The position numbers were made by a program, and so were the translations under genes. Below, piece by piece: positions 10,093 to 19,478 of a DNA stretch of 64,000 nucleotides. The stretch is from an uncultured delta proteobacterium. GTDB lineage: Bacteria > Myxococcota_A > Polyangia > Polyangiales > JAFGIB01. Every line of letters starts with the position of its first letter. Position 1 is the stretch's first letter. The DNA lies in NCBI GenBank assembly GCA_963778655.1, contig CAVZVA010000009.1, positions 704,001 to 768,000 on the forward strand, written 5' to 3'. The notes under the pieces are model-generated. The model had not been told where the DNA came from. It saw nothing but the letters and a program-made list of their open reading frames with translations, and ran no database searches.

Positions 10093-11880
10093 GTGAGGCG
10101 CGCGATCTTCACGCTGTGCGCCTGTGCGCTGGCGAGCGTGTGCTGCGCCTGCCGTCGCGCCCCGCCGCTGACCCAGATCGTGGTCGCCGTCGACAGCGAC
10201 TGGGATGGATTCGAGCGTGCAGACATCGAGATCGGGGGCTTCGAAAAGCCTCACACGGCGCACGCAGACCTGACGCACGCTGCGGCGCGGCACGTTGCGC
10301 TGGTACACGATGGTGGGCCGCTCGGCCCGATCAGCGTGACCGTGCGCGCCTACGCGCAAGGCGCCGCCGACCCGGTGTTGATCGAACGGCGCACCGGGAT
10401 CTACTTCGTAGAGGGCAAGACGCGCTTGTTGCGCATCGATCTGCTGTTGGGTTGCGTCGGCCTGTGCGACGCGCAGCAGGCGTGCCTCGCCGGACCGAAG
10501 TGCGTGGACAGCGAGGGAGCCGCCAGGCTGAGCGAGTGGCAAGGCGACATCGGCGCGATCCCGGTGGTGTTTCACGTCAAGGATGGCGCTGGGCTGCCGG
10601 GCGACGCCGGCGCCGACGGCGCGAGCGCGAGCGCGAGCGATGCAGCCGCCGATGGCGGGGCCAGCGACGCCGGAGGCACCGACGCCGGCCGCGCCGACGC
10701 GGGCGGCAGCGGCGACGGGGGTCCGGCGGGCGACGCGGGCGACGCTCCAGACGCGGGTGATGCGGCCACGCCACTGGGGACGTTCCAGTATGCGCCGTCC
10801 AACGTCGACCCGGCCGACCCCGCCATCGGCGGTCTTTCGCGCGCGGCCGTTTCGCTCGACTGCGCCAGCCCCAGCTTCGACTCCACCGACCTGAGCTTTT
10901 CGGGCTGGTGCGGGCCGACGCCGAGCGCGCTCGTCGTGCAGCAAGACGCGGGCCACGACGCGGCGCTGCTCGTGATGAGCTCGCTCGACATCGCCGCGGG
11001 CACGACCCTGCAGCTGCAGGGCGACAGACCCGTCATCCTGCTCGTGTTCGGCGCGGTCCACGTCGGCGGCGTGATCGACGCGAGCGCGCACGGCGCCACC
11101 CCCGGCCCGGGCGCGGAGCGCGACTGCACGACCGGGCTCGGAGCAAGCGGGCGGGACGGCTCGGTCTCGAGCCCAGCCGGCGCCGCCGGTGGAGGAGGAG
11201 GCGGCTTCGGCACCGCGGGCGGCACGGGCGCCGGCGGCAAAGCCAGCGCGGGCACGACCGCAGCGGGCGGTAGCGAGGGCGACTCGAGGCTGGTTCCGCT
11301 GCGCGGAGGCTGCGCGGGTGGTGCCAGCGGCAAGGCGCCCAGCAATTCGACCTTCGGCGCTGGCGGGCGAGGCGGCGGAGCGGTTCAGCTCTCGGCCGCG
11401 GGGCAGCTCGAGATCGCCGGCAGCGTGGTGGCCGCTGGTGGCGGCGGTGGCGTCGGTGCCGACGCGGCGGCGGGCGGGGGTGGCGGCGGCAGCGGCGGCG
11501 CGATCTTGCTGGAAGGCTCGCCGGTCGCGATCGGCGCCGGCGCGGTGCTGGCCGCCAACGGCGGCGGCGGTGGCGCGGGCCAGCCCTATCCGCTCGGCTC
11601 GGGGGCGAGCGGCGCCGGCGAAGACGGTCACGCCGGGGCGGCAGCAGCAGCCGGCGGGGTTCCCGACGGCATCGGCGGAGCCGGGGGTCAGGGCGCGTGG
11701 CGCGACGCCCCAGCGAGTGACGGGGTGCTTCCAAGCTCGGGAAGCTTCGGCATGACCACGGTCTGGGGCGGCGGTGGCGGTGGCGGCGGCGGCAGCGGTC
11801 GCATTCAGATCAACGCCGCGGACAGCTGCAGCCCGCCCGGCACGCTCAGCCCGCTGCCGGCGGTCACCTGCCCGAGCTGA
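10093..11880 (+). CDS. Secreted or lipoprotein with DAG-rich linker and Gly-rich repeat C-terminus
   Basis: Cys-containing signal (VRRAIFTLCACALASVCCAC), DAG/DGG linker, repeated GGGGG-SGG-I/V motifs. Start inferred. Confidence 0.75.
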   Translation: MRRAIFTLCACALASVCCACRRAPPLTQIVVAVDSDWDGFERADIEIGGFEKPHTAHADLTHAAARHVALVHDGGPLGPISVTVRAYAQGAADPVLIERRTGIYFVEGKTRLLRIDLLLGCVGLCDAQQACLAGPKCVDSEGAARLSEWQGDIGAIPVVFHVKDGAGLPGDAGADGASASASDAAADGGASDAGGTDAGRADAGGSGDGGPAGDAGDAPDAGDAATPLGTFQYAPSNVDPADPAIGGLSRAAVSLDCASPSFDSTDLSFSGWCGPTPSALVVQQDAGHDAALLVMSSLDIAAGTTLQLQGDRPVILLVFGAVHVGGVIDASAHGATPGPGAERDCTTGLGASGRDGSVSSPAGAAGGGGGGFGTAGGTGAGGKASAGTTAAGGSEGDSRLVPLRGGCAGGASGKAPSNSTFGAGGRGGGAVQLSAAGQLEIAGSVVAAGGGGGVGADAAAGGGGGGSGGAILLEGSPVAIGAGAVLAANGGGGGAGQPYPLGSGASGAGEDGHAGAAAAAGGVPDGIGGAGGQGAWRDAPASDGVLPSSGSFGMTTVWGGGGGGGGGSGRIQINAADSCSPPGTLSPLPAVTCPS

Positions 11881-11976
11881 GCCGGCGCCGGCGCGGCGTC
11901 GAGCGGTCGGCAAGCGGGCGCCCAGCGGCGCACCGGCGTGAGAGCCGGCGCGGACGTGTGATACACAGCAGCCACC

Positions 11977-12783
11977 ATGGTCGATCTGCCGCCGCCAAGC
12001 CCCATCTACGAGCACCGCCAGGGGGTGTGGGTGAAGGAGTCGTGGCTGCGCTTCTTCGGCATCACCTTGCAGACGCGGATGGTGGTGTTGCAGCTCGACG
12101 GGGGCCTGCTGCTGTACTCGCCGTCGCCGGCGGTGCTCGACTCGACCACGCGCGAGGAGCTCGAGCGGCTCGGGGTGGTGCGCTGGCTGGTGGCCCCGAA
12201 CGAGATCCACAACCTCGGGTTGCGGGCGTTTCAGACCGCGTTTGCCGACGCGCACGTCACCGGCTGCGTGGGGCATCCGCGCCGCGTGCACGGGGTGCGT
12301 TTCGATACGCTGCTGGGCGCGGGCGCCGGGCCCGACGCGGTGCCCTGGAGCGCGAGCGGCGAGCTGGCACTTCACGTCATCGGCGGCAATCGGCTGCTGC
12401 ACGAGATCGCGCTGCTGCACCGCCCGTCGAAGACGCTGTTGGTCGCCGACGCGGTCGAGTTGATCGACGAGAACGTGACCGGCGGCGCGCCGTTGGGCCG
12501 GTTGATGACGTGGTTGCTGCGCAGGGTGGGGTTGCGCCCGGGCGAGCCCTGCATGAGCCCCGAGCACAACCTGTATTGCGCGGACCCCGACGCGCTTTCG
12601 GCGTCGCTGCAAGTGCTTGCGGGATGGGACTTCGACTCGCTGGTGATGGCGCACGGCCGCATCGTGGAGGGAGCGCAAGCCCGGCGCGCGCTGCAGCTCG
12701 CCTCCGAGTCCGCGCTCGCCGCGATTCGCAACCGCAGCGCTGCAGCACGCGCGTTTTGGGCCGCGACCGCGCGCGTTCAATAG
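11977..12783 (+). CDS. DUF4336-family protein (metallo-beta-lactamase-like fold)
   Basis: TRMVVLQLDGGLLLYSP, WLVAPNEIH, EIALLHRPSKTLLVAD, WDFDSLVMAHG. Confidence 0.8.
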   Translation: MVDLPPPSPIYEHRQGVWVKESWLRFFGITLQTRMVVLQLDGGLLLYSPSPAVLDSTTREELERLGVVRWLVAPNEIHNLGLRAFQTAFADAHVTGCVGHPRRVHGVRFDTLLGAGAGPDAVPWSASGELALHVIGGNRLLHEIALLHRPSKTLLVADAVELIDENVTGGAPLGRLMTWLLRRVGLRPGEPCMSPEHNLYCADPDALSASLQVLAGWDFDSLVMAHGRIVEGAQARRALQLASESALAAIRNRSAAARAFWAATARVQ

Positions 12784-12818
12784 GCCGGCGTGCCGCGTGC
12801 CCGCGAACGCCCGCTCCC

Positions 12819-13790
12819 TCAGATCGGCAGCGGGGTGAGCCGGCCGCCGCGCTCCACCAGCAGCAGGCCGGAGCTGATCGCGTGCGGCGCGTTCTGCGCC
12901 TCGCGCGCGGCGCGCTCGCGCATCGCGTGCAGCGTGGGCGAGTCGAGCGGGCAGGCGAACAGCGCGTCGCGATGCGGAACCGCGGCCGCGAACGGCGAGC
13001 CCAGCTCGCGCGCGAGCAGCTCGTGCAGGCCGGGCAGCAGCAGGCGCGAGGCGTCGAAGCCGTCGCCCGTGCTGGCCACGATCAGCGTGCCGTGCGCGCC
13101 GTCGATGCGCAGCAGCCGCGCCTTGCCGCTGCGCGCCGCGAGGTTGCCGAGCGCCGCCTCCAGCAGGCGCGGCGTGGCCTGCCGCCAGCGCCGCGCCTCG
13201 GCTCTGCCCACGTAGCGCGCGCGACCAGGCTCCTGCACCACGAAGCAGACCTGGACCTCGGCCGCGAGCGGATGACTGCAGAGCGCGTCCGCGGCGGCGC
13301 GCGCGTCGAGCTGCGCGAAGAAGCGCGGCCCCACCAGGCGCGGCAGGATGCGCGTTCGCGCGCGCGCCCAGTGCGCGGCCGCGGCGCGCGCGTGCGTGCT
13401 GGCGGTCTCGGCTTCGACCGCCGAAACTTGCTCGGCCAGACACGCGCGCACGTTGTCGGCCGCGAGCGCGAGCTCGATCGCGACGAAGGGATCGAAGAAC
13501 GCGTGCGCGCCGAGCTCGAGCCCGTGACGGCCGTCGCACGTGACGTGGCGCGGCACGGTCAGCGCGTCGCAAAGCAGTAGCGCCAGGTACGCGCCCGCGA
13601 GCTCCACGAACAACCGCTCCTGTTCCGGCTCCGGCTCGCACGGGAAGCGCTCGAGCGCGCGCGCCAGCGCGAGCAGGCCGTGCGCGCCTCGGGGAGGATC
13701 ACGTTCGACACCCAAGCTCGCGCTGAAGATCGAGGCCGCGTCGGTGAGCGGGCCACAGCGAAGCCGATGGCCTTCGATCCAGCTTGCCAC
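12819..13790 (-). CDS. DUF1444-like protein
   Basis: LLEAALGNL...GDGFDASRLLLP...FAAAVPHRDALF...AQNAPHAIS pattern. Confidence 0.7.
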   Translation of the reverse strand: MASWIEGHRLRCGPLTDAASIFSASLGVERDPPRGAHGLLALARALERFPCEPEPEQERLFVELAGAYLALLLCDALTVPRHVTCDGRHGLELGAHAFFDPFVAIELALAADNVRACLAEQVSAVEAETASTHARAAAAHWARARTRILPRLVGPRFFAQLDARAAADALCSHPLAAEVQVCFVVQEPGRARYVGRAEARRWRQATPRLLEAALGNLAARSGKARLLRIDGAHGTLIVASTGDGFDASRLLLPGLHELLARELGSPFAAAVPHRDALFACPLDSPTLHAMRERAAREAQNAPHAISSGLLLVERGGRLTPLPI

Positions 13791-13888
13791 TCGCGCACGA
13801 GGCTACTGCCGCCGATCGCCGGCCGCAATGCTTGCCGATCGCGCGCGCGCGCTTTTGTCGCAGCCTGTGGTCGCGATCGCACATCGCG

Positions 13889-14033
13889 CTAGATTGCCTG
13901 GGGCCGGCGGATCTGCACAGATGAGTCAAGTCTTGAGCGCCGGAGCGAAGCGACCCCGCGGGAGAGTGGGCCCCGTTGGGCTTTGCGCAACGGGCGGGAG
14001 GGGCGCGTGCCCCTCCCGGTCACAGAAGGCTAG
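13889..14033 (+). repeat. CTAG-bounded cassette carrying one copy of the double-hairpin repeat
   Basis: CTAG at 13889 and 14030. The interior ggagcgaagcgaccccgcgggagagtgggccccgttgggctttgcgcaacgggcgggaggggcgcgtgcccctcccg matches the array unit at 42773. Confidence 0.8.
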
Positions 14034-14098
14034 CGAGGCCCCTGTCTTGGCGCGAGTAGACCAGCATCTCTCATGGGTCTGAGGCGCAGCCTCGCTAG
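14030..14098. repeat. Small palindromic cassette with 10-bp terminal inverted repeat
   Basis: CTAGCGAGGC ... GCCTCGCTAG. Confidence 0.65.
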
Positions 14099-14124
14099 TG
14101 CTAAGCGCGGTTGGCGCGCGGGCT

Positions 14125-14892
14125 CTACTCGAGCAGGTCGGGCTCCTCGCGCACGATGCGCGCATAGAGCGGCTGGAAACCCAGCCAGCCAGCGCCCTCG
14201 GAGCCGACCTGGTCGCGGGTCTTGCTCGCGTTCTCGGGGTCGATCAGGCACGGCTTGCCGGCGGCTTCCGCCAGCAACTGGGACTGGCAGCAGCGCTCCA
14301 TGCTGATGAACCAGAACGCGGCGGACTCCACGCTGTGGCCGACGGTCAGCAGGCCGTGGTTGCGCAGGATGACCGCCTTGTGGGCGCCGAGCGCGCTCGC
14401 AATGCGGTCGCCTTCCGCGGTGTCGAGCACGACTCCGGTGTAGTCCTCGAACAGCCCGTGATCCTGGTAGAATGCGCACGCGTCCTGGGTGAGCGGATCG
14501 AGCCGCCGCCCCAGCGCGGACCAGCTGCGCCCGTAGATCGAGTGGCTGTGCGCGGCGGCCATGACGTCCGGGCGCGCCGCGTGGACGCGCGAGTGGATGG
14601 CGAAGGCGGCGCGGTTGACGCGCGCGCGACCTTTGATCACCTCGCCGCCGGCGTTGACGAGGATCAGGTCGGATACGCGGATGTGGCCGAAGTACATGCC
14701 GAAGGGATTGACCCAGAAGCAATCCGGCTGCTCGGGATCGCGCAGCGTGATGTGTCCGGCCACGCCCTCGTCGTAGCCGAAGCGCGCGAACAGGCGAAAC
14801 GCCGCCGCCAGGCGCTGTTTCTGGTGCACGCGGCGCGTCGCGATCGAATCGGGCTGCTCGGAGCGGCGCGGGGTTTCGAAGGTTTCCGGCAT
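14125..14892 (-). CDS. Class II aldolase/adducin family protein
   Basis: EGVAGHITLRDPE, AAFAIHSRVH, AAHSHS, VILRNHGLLTVG. Confidence 0.92.
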   Translation of the reverse strand: MPETFETPRRSEQPDSIATRRVHQKQRLAAAFRLFARFGYDEGVAGHITLRDPEQPDCFWVNPFGMYFGHIRVSDLILVNAGGEVIKGRARVNRAAFAIHSRVHAARPDVMAAAHSHSIYGRSWSALGRRLDPLTQDACAFYQDHGLFEDYTGVVLDTAEGDRIASALGAHKAVILRNHGLLTVGHSVESAAFWFISMERCCQSQLLAEAAGKPCLIDPENASKTRDQVGSEGAGWLGFQPLYARIVREEPDLLE

Positions 14893-14946
14893 GAGAGCTC
14901 TCCTGCCCGGAACGTATCGCGCCTTCGGCCCCCGGGCAAAGCCGGT

Positions 14947-15885
14947 TTACGGAGCCCAGTCGAAGGCCAGGCGGGTCCCGATTAGCACGCTGTTGTCGAG
15001 GGGCGCGGTGGAGGTGGGCGGGTGCAGCTCGTAGGCGACAAACAGCATGGCGTAGGGCATGAAGCTCGCGCCGCGCATGGTGGCGATGCCGCCGGCCAGC
15101 TCGATACGGCCGCCCGGCGGCCAGACCGCCTGGGTGCGGTTGAGGCGTACGACAGGGGCCAGGCCGAGGTCGAAGACGCGTGAGAAGCGTGAGACCCGCA
15201 GCAGCAGCGGCACCGCGATCGAGATGGTGGTGTCGAGGCCGCGCGCCTTGGCGCTCTGAGGCGCGAACGCGCTGCTGGCGGACAGCTCGCCGCCCACCGC
15301 GAAGGTGAGCTGGGGCCCGAGGCCGTGCCCGAGGTAAAGCCGGCCGCCGCCGCCCACGGCCGGCAGCTTGGTCTCGAACACGTAGGAAGCGAAGCCCACG
15401 GTCTCGGCCAGGATGACCAAGCGGCCGGCGTCGCCCTGCGTGCCGGAGAAGTGCTCGCTCGGCTCGAGCCAGAACGGACAGTCGGTCGCCGCGCGGCGGC
15501 GCGCGTAGCGCAACAGCGCGCGCGTGCGCTCGAGCGACAGCGAGTCCGAAGCTGGCTCCAGCTGGTTTCCGTGATCGTGATAGATGCGTTCGGCCGGACC
15601 GCCGGCCAGCGCGATCTGGCCGTTGAGCCAGGCTTCGAGGTCGTCGAGCGACGCCGGCTCGGCCTGGCACACGCTGCGCAGCGCGGCCTCGGCGTTGTTG
15701 TGGAGCTGGGCGCGATCGATGACCCAGCCGTTGTCATCGCTGAGCTGCACGGCCTTGCGCAGGTCGTTGTAGACCGCGCGCTCGACCGGATCGCTGGGGA
15801 GCGTGGCGCAGCCGCTCGCGGCCAAGGCCGACAGCACGCACGCGCCGAAGCACGCGCCCAAGCCCTTGCGCGGCGGGCGCTTCAC
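14947..15885 (-). CDS. Hypothetical lipoprotein with beta-rich C-terminus
   Basis: Lipobox-like ASGC; GTG start overlaps the adh stop (GTGA); GC-rich codon usage. Confidence 0.7.
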   Translation of the reverse strand: MKRPPRKGLGACFGACVLSALAASGCATLPSDPVERAVYNDLRKAVQLSDDNGWVIDRAQLHNNAEAALRSVCQAEPASLDDLEAWLNGQIALAGGPAERIYHDHGNQLEPASDSLSLERTRALLRYARRRAATDCPFWLEPSEHFSGTQGDAGRLVILAETVGFASYVFETKLPAVGGGGRLYLGHGLGPQLTFAVGGELSASSAFAPQSAKARGLDTTISIAVPLLLRVSRFSRVFDLGLAPVVRLNRTQAVWPPGGRIELAGGIATMRGASFMPYAMLFVAYELHPPTSTAPLDNSVLIGTRLAFDWAP

Positions 15886-17015
15886 CCGGCACCGCCTCGT
15901 GCGCGCTGCCGCGGCGACGCGGCTGCGGGCCCCGCGCAGCGCAGCACCGCGGAGCCGGCGAAGCGGCCTTCACGCAGGGCTTGCAACGCCTCGCCGGCCT
16001 GCTCGAGCTCGAAGGCGTGGACCTGCGTGTGGATGCCGGCCTGCTCGGCCAGTGTCAGAAACTCCGTACCGTCACGGCGCGTGAGGTTGGCGACCGAGCG
16101 CACGCTGCGTTCCATCCAAAGCAGGCTGTAGGGGAAGGACGGAATGTCGCTCATGTGAATGCCGGCGCAGACCACGCTGCCGCCCGGAGCGAGCGCGCGC
16201 AGAGCCGCCGGCACCAGCGCGCCGACCGGCGCGAACACGATCGCGGCGTCGAGCGGCACAGGCGCTCGCTCGCTCGACGCCCCCGTCCAGACCGCGCCGA
16301 GCGCGCGCGCGAGCGCCTGCGCCTGCACGTCGCCTGTGCGCGTGAACGCGTAGCTCTCCCGCCCCTGATGGCGCAGCACCTGCGCCACGATGTGCGCCGC
16401 AGAGCCGAAGCCGTACAAGCCCACCCGCCTGGCGTCGCCGCACATGCGCAGCGCGCGATAGCCGATCAGGCCGGCGCACAACAGCGGCGCCGCCTGCAGG
16501 TCGTCGAAGCGGTCGGGCAGCGGAAAGCAGTAGCGCGCATCCGCGACCGCGCGCTCGGCAAATCCGCCGTCGCGGTGGTAGCCGGTGAAGCGCGCCTTGG
16601 GGCACAGGTTCTCGCGGCCGCTGCGGCAGAACGCGCAACGCCCGCAGGTCGACCCGAGCCACGGCACACCCACGCGCTGCCCGAGCGCGAAGCGATCGAC
16701 GCCCGGGCCGAGGGCGGCGACCGTGCCCACGATCTGGTGGCCCGGCACCAGCGGCAGCACCGGCTCGCTGAGCTCGCCGTCCAGGATGTGCAGGTCGGTA
16801 CGGCACACCCCGCACGCCCGCACCTGCAGCAGCACCTCGCCGCGGCCGGGCGCGGGCACCTCCAGCTCGCGCGCCACCAGCCCGCCGCCGGGACGCTCAA
16901 GCACCATCGCGCGCATGCGCTGCGCGTGCGCGGCGCCGCGCCTGCGGGTGGCGCCGCCGCCGGCCCGCGCGCCTGCGGCCGGGGCGTGCTTGCCTCGTGC
17001 AGGCATCGCGCTCAT
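15882..17015 (-). CDS. Zinc-dependent alcohol dehydrogenase family protein
   Basis: CGVCRTDLH, GHQIVG, structural Zn CGRCAFC...NLC, PLLCAGLIGYR, GLYGFG. Start is either 17015 (ATGA overlap with lipB) or 16916. Confidence 0.92.
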   Translation of the reverse strand: MSAMPARGKHAPAAGARAGGGATRRRGAAHAQRMRAMVLERPGGGLVARELEVPAPGRGEVLLQVRACGVCRTDLHILDGELSEPVLPLVPGHQIVGTVAALGPGVDRFALGQRVGVPWLGSTCGRCAFCRSGRENLCPKARFTGYHRDGGFAERAVADARYCFPLPDRFDDLQAAPLLCAGLIGYRALRMCGDARRVGLYGFGSAAHIVAQVLRHQGRESYAFTRTGDVQAQALARALGAVWTGASSERAPVPLDAAIVFAPVGALVPAALRALAPGGSVVCAGIHMSDIPSFPYSLLWMERSVRSVANLTRRDGTEFLTLAEQAGIHTQVHAFELEQAGEALQALREGRFAGSAVLRCAGPAAASPRQRARGGAG

Positions 17016-17788
17016 GCCTCCGGCTCGGGCAGGCCCGCGCGCTCGCGCGCCACCGCCCCGAACACCTCGGCGAAGGCGCTCAGCACGGCGCGCTCGACCT
17101 CGGCCATCGCCGGCGCCTTGCCCAGCTCGCGCTCGAGCGAGGTCACCTGCTTGTCGCTGATGCCGCAGGGCACGATCAGCTCGAACGCGCTGAGCGCGGT
17201 GCTGACGTTGAGCGCGAAGCCGTGCATCGTCACCCAGCGGCGGATGCGCACGCCCACCGCGCCCAGCTTGCGCTGCTCGATCCACGCGCCGTTGAGGCCC
17301 GCAATGCGCCCCGCGCGCAGCCCAAACGCCCCGGCGGTGCGGATCATCACCTCCTCGAGACCCATGACGTACTTGCGCACGTCGCGACGGTCCGGGCTCA
17401 GATCGACGATCGGGTAGCCCACGAGCTGGCCTGGACCGTGGTAGGTCACGTCACCGCCGCGGCCGGTCTCGTACAGCTCCACGCCCCGCGCGGCGAGCAG
17501 CTGGCCCGAGGCCAGCACGTGCTCGGGCTTGGCGCCGCGGCCCAGCGTGATCACCGGCTCGTGCTCCAGCAGCAACAACGTGTCGGCGATGCGCCCCTCG
17601 ATGCGAGCTTCGAGCAGGCGCTGCTGCAGCGCGAGCGCGGCGGCGTAGCCGATCCTGCCCAGACGGTACACGTCCAGCGCGCGCGCCGCTGCGGCCCGCG
17701 GCCGCGGCCCGGGCGCAGGCGCCGCGTCGCGTGTCGCGCTTTCGAGATGCACGTCGCAGCAGGCCTCGCCTTTGGGACGCGCGCTCAC
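17012..17788 (-). CDS. lipB: Lipoyl(octanoyl) transferase
   Basis: LLLLEHEPVITLG, RGGDVTYHGPGQLVGYPI, RKLGAVG, TMHGFALNV, IVPCGI. Confidence 0.95.
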   Translation of the reverse strand: MSARPKGEACCDVHLESATRDAAPAPGPRPRAAAARALDVYRLGRIGYAAALALQQRLLEARIEGRIADTLLLLEHEPVITLGRGAKPEHVLASGQLLAARGVELYETGRGGDVTYHGPGQLVGYPIVDLSPDRRDVRKYVMGLEEVMIRTAGAFGLRAGRIAGLNGAWIEQRKLGAVGVRIRRWVTMHGFALNVSTALSAFELIVPCGISDKQVTSLERELGKAPAMAEVERAVLSAFAEVFGAVARERAGLPEPEA

Positions 17789-19194
17789 TTGTTGACGATG
17801 TGGATCGCCTCTTTGAGCGCGTGCCGCACCGATTCGTTGAACGACTCGGACAGCGTCGGATGGGTGTGCACCGTGAGCGCCACGTCGTCCGCGTAGGCGC
17901 ACATCTCGAGCGCGAGCGTGGCCTCCGCGATCAGCTCGCTGGCCTCGGCGCCCACGATGCCGGTGCCCAGCAGCTGGTCTTTGTCGGCGTCCACGATTGT
18001 CTTCACGAAGCCCGCGGTCTCATTCATCGCCATCGCGCGGCCCGAGGCCGCGAGCGGGAACTTGCCGATCTTGACCGCGATGCCGCGCTGCTTGGCTTCC
18101 TCCTCCGACAGCCCCACGGTCGCGATCTCGGGGTCGGTGAATACCGCCGACGGCATCGCGCGGTAGTCGCAGGCCGCCTTGCGTCCGGCGATCACCTCGG
18201 CCACCACCTCGCCCTGCTTCATCGCGCGGTGGGCGAGGTAGGGCGCGCCGGTCACGTCGCCGATGGCGTAGATGCCGGCGACGTTGGTGCGCAGCTGATC
18301 GTCGACCTGGATGTGCCCGCGCGCGTCGGTCTTGACCCCGAAGTCCTGCAGGCCGAGCTCGCCCGACAGCGGCCGAAAGCCCACCGCCACCAGCACCTTG
18401 TCGGCCTCGAGCACGCGCTGCGCGCCCTCGTGCTCGACCTCGACCGTGGCGTGGCCCTGCGCCACCTTGGCGCCCTTGGCGCGCGCCCCCAGCAGCAGCT
18501 CGCCGCCAGCCGCCTTGAACTTGCGCTCCACCACCTGCACCAGGTCGGCGTCGATCCCGGAAAGCAGTCGCGGCAGCATCTCGACCACGATCACCTTGGC
18601 GCCCAGCTTCTGGTACATCATGCCGAGCTCCATGCCGATGATGCCGCCGCCGATCAGCACCAGCGTCCTGGGCGCGCTCTGTAGGCTGACCGCCTCGCGC
18701 GCGGTGATCACCACCTCGCCGTCGGGCTCGAAGCCCGGGATCTGAATCGGGCTGGCGCCGGTCGCGATCACGATTCCCTTGCGCGCCACGAACGACTCGC
18801 TCTTGCCGTCGTTCTTGTCGACCAGCACGGTGTGCGCGCCGGTCAGCCGCGCCTTGCCCATCACGATCTGCCCGCCGCTGCTCTTGACCAGGCTGGAGAC
18901 CCCGCTGGTCAGCTTCTTGACGATGCCGCCCTTCCAGGTCTGCATCACCGGCACGTCGAGCTTGAGGTCGGAGACGCTGATGCCCATGTTCTGCGCATGG
19001 CGCACGCGGTCCGCCAGACCGGCGGCGTAGATCAAGGCCTTGGACGGGATGCAGCCCCAGTTCAGGCAGGTCCCGCCCATGTACTCCTTTTCGGCGACCA
19101 ACGTCTTGAGCCCGAGCTGCCCCAGGCGGATGGCCGCGACGTAGCCCCCGGGCCCGCCACCGATCACGATCACGTCGTAGCTTTTGTCGGTCAT
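17785..19194 (-). CDS. lpdA: Dihydrolipoyl dehydrogenase
   Basis: GGGPGGYVAAIR, redox motif GGTCLNWGCIPSKAL, C-terminal HTHPTLSE. Confidence 0.97.
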   Translation of the reverse strand: MTDKSYDVIVIGGGPGGYVAAIRLGQLGLKTLVAEKEYMGGTCLNWGCIPSKALIYAAGLADRVRHAQNMGISVSDLKLDVPVMQTWKGGIVKKLTSGVSSLVKSSGGQIVMGKARLTGAHTVLVDKNDGKSESFVARKGIVIATGASPIQIPGFEPDGEVVITAREAVSLQSAPRTLVLIGGGIIGMELGMMYQKLGAKVIVVEMLPRLLSGIDADLVQVVERKFKAAGGELLLGARAKGAKVAQGHATVEVEHEGAQRVLEADKVLVAVGFRPLSGELGLQDFGVKTDARGHIQVDDQLRTNVAGIYAIGDVTGAPYLAHRAMKQGEVVAEVIAGRKAACDYRAMPSAVFTDPEIATVGLSEEEAKQRGIAVKIGKFPLAASGRAMAMNETAGFVKTIVDADKDQLLGTGIVGAEASELIAEATLALEMCAYADDVALTVHTHPTLSESFNESVRHALKEAIHIVNK

Positions 19195-19357
19195 TGTACG
19201 CTTCCTCGCCTGTGAGCCGAGCGCGCAACGAGCCCCCAAAGCCACCGGGTCGCGTCGCCAGAGGCATCTTAGCCCTGCGCATTGATGCGTCAATGGCGAG
19301 TGTTCCCGCCGTTGGGCTTCGAAGCTGGGTGGTGTCCGGCGCGATCAGCTCGTGAAC

Positions 19358-19436
19358 GGAGCACGGCGACGCGCCGAGGGGTGGGCGCTGACGGCTTCGC
19401 CGCCAGGACAGGGAGGGCGGGTGCCCTGCCCGTGAG
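19358..19436 (+). repeat. Degenerate copy of the double-hairpin repeat
   Basis: gaggggtgggcgctgacggcttcgccgccaggacagggagggcgggtgccctgcccg aligns with the array core; both stems are retained. Confidence 0.6.
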
Positions 19437-19478
19437 GAGAGCTGGCACGAGCCGGCATTGGCGATATGTTCCGGGGCG

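Noticed and set aside
10093..11880. PE-PGRS protein
   Set aside because: Gly-rich only; there is no PE domain.
10045..13641. Long antisense or alternative-frame ORFs (also 1596-3977, 30755-33283, 39410-41641, 45732-48161, 52348-55299, 60909-63272)
   Set aside because: They are shadow ORFs of real genes in high-GC DNA, Arg/Ala-rich and without motifs.
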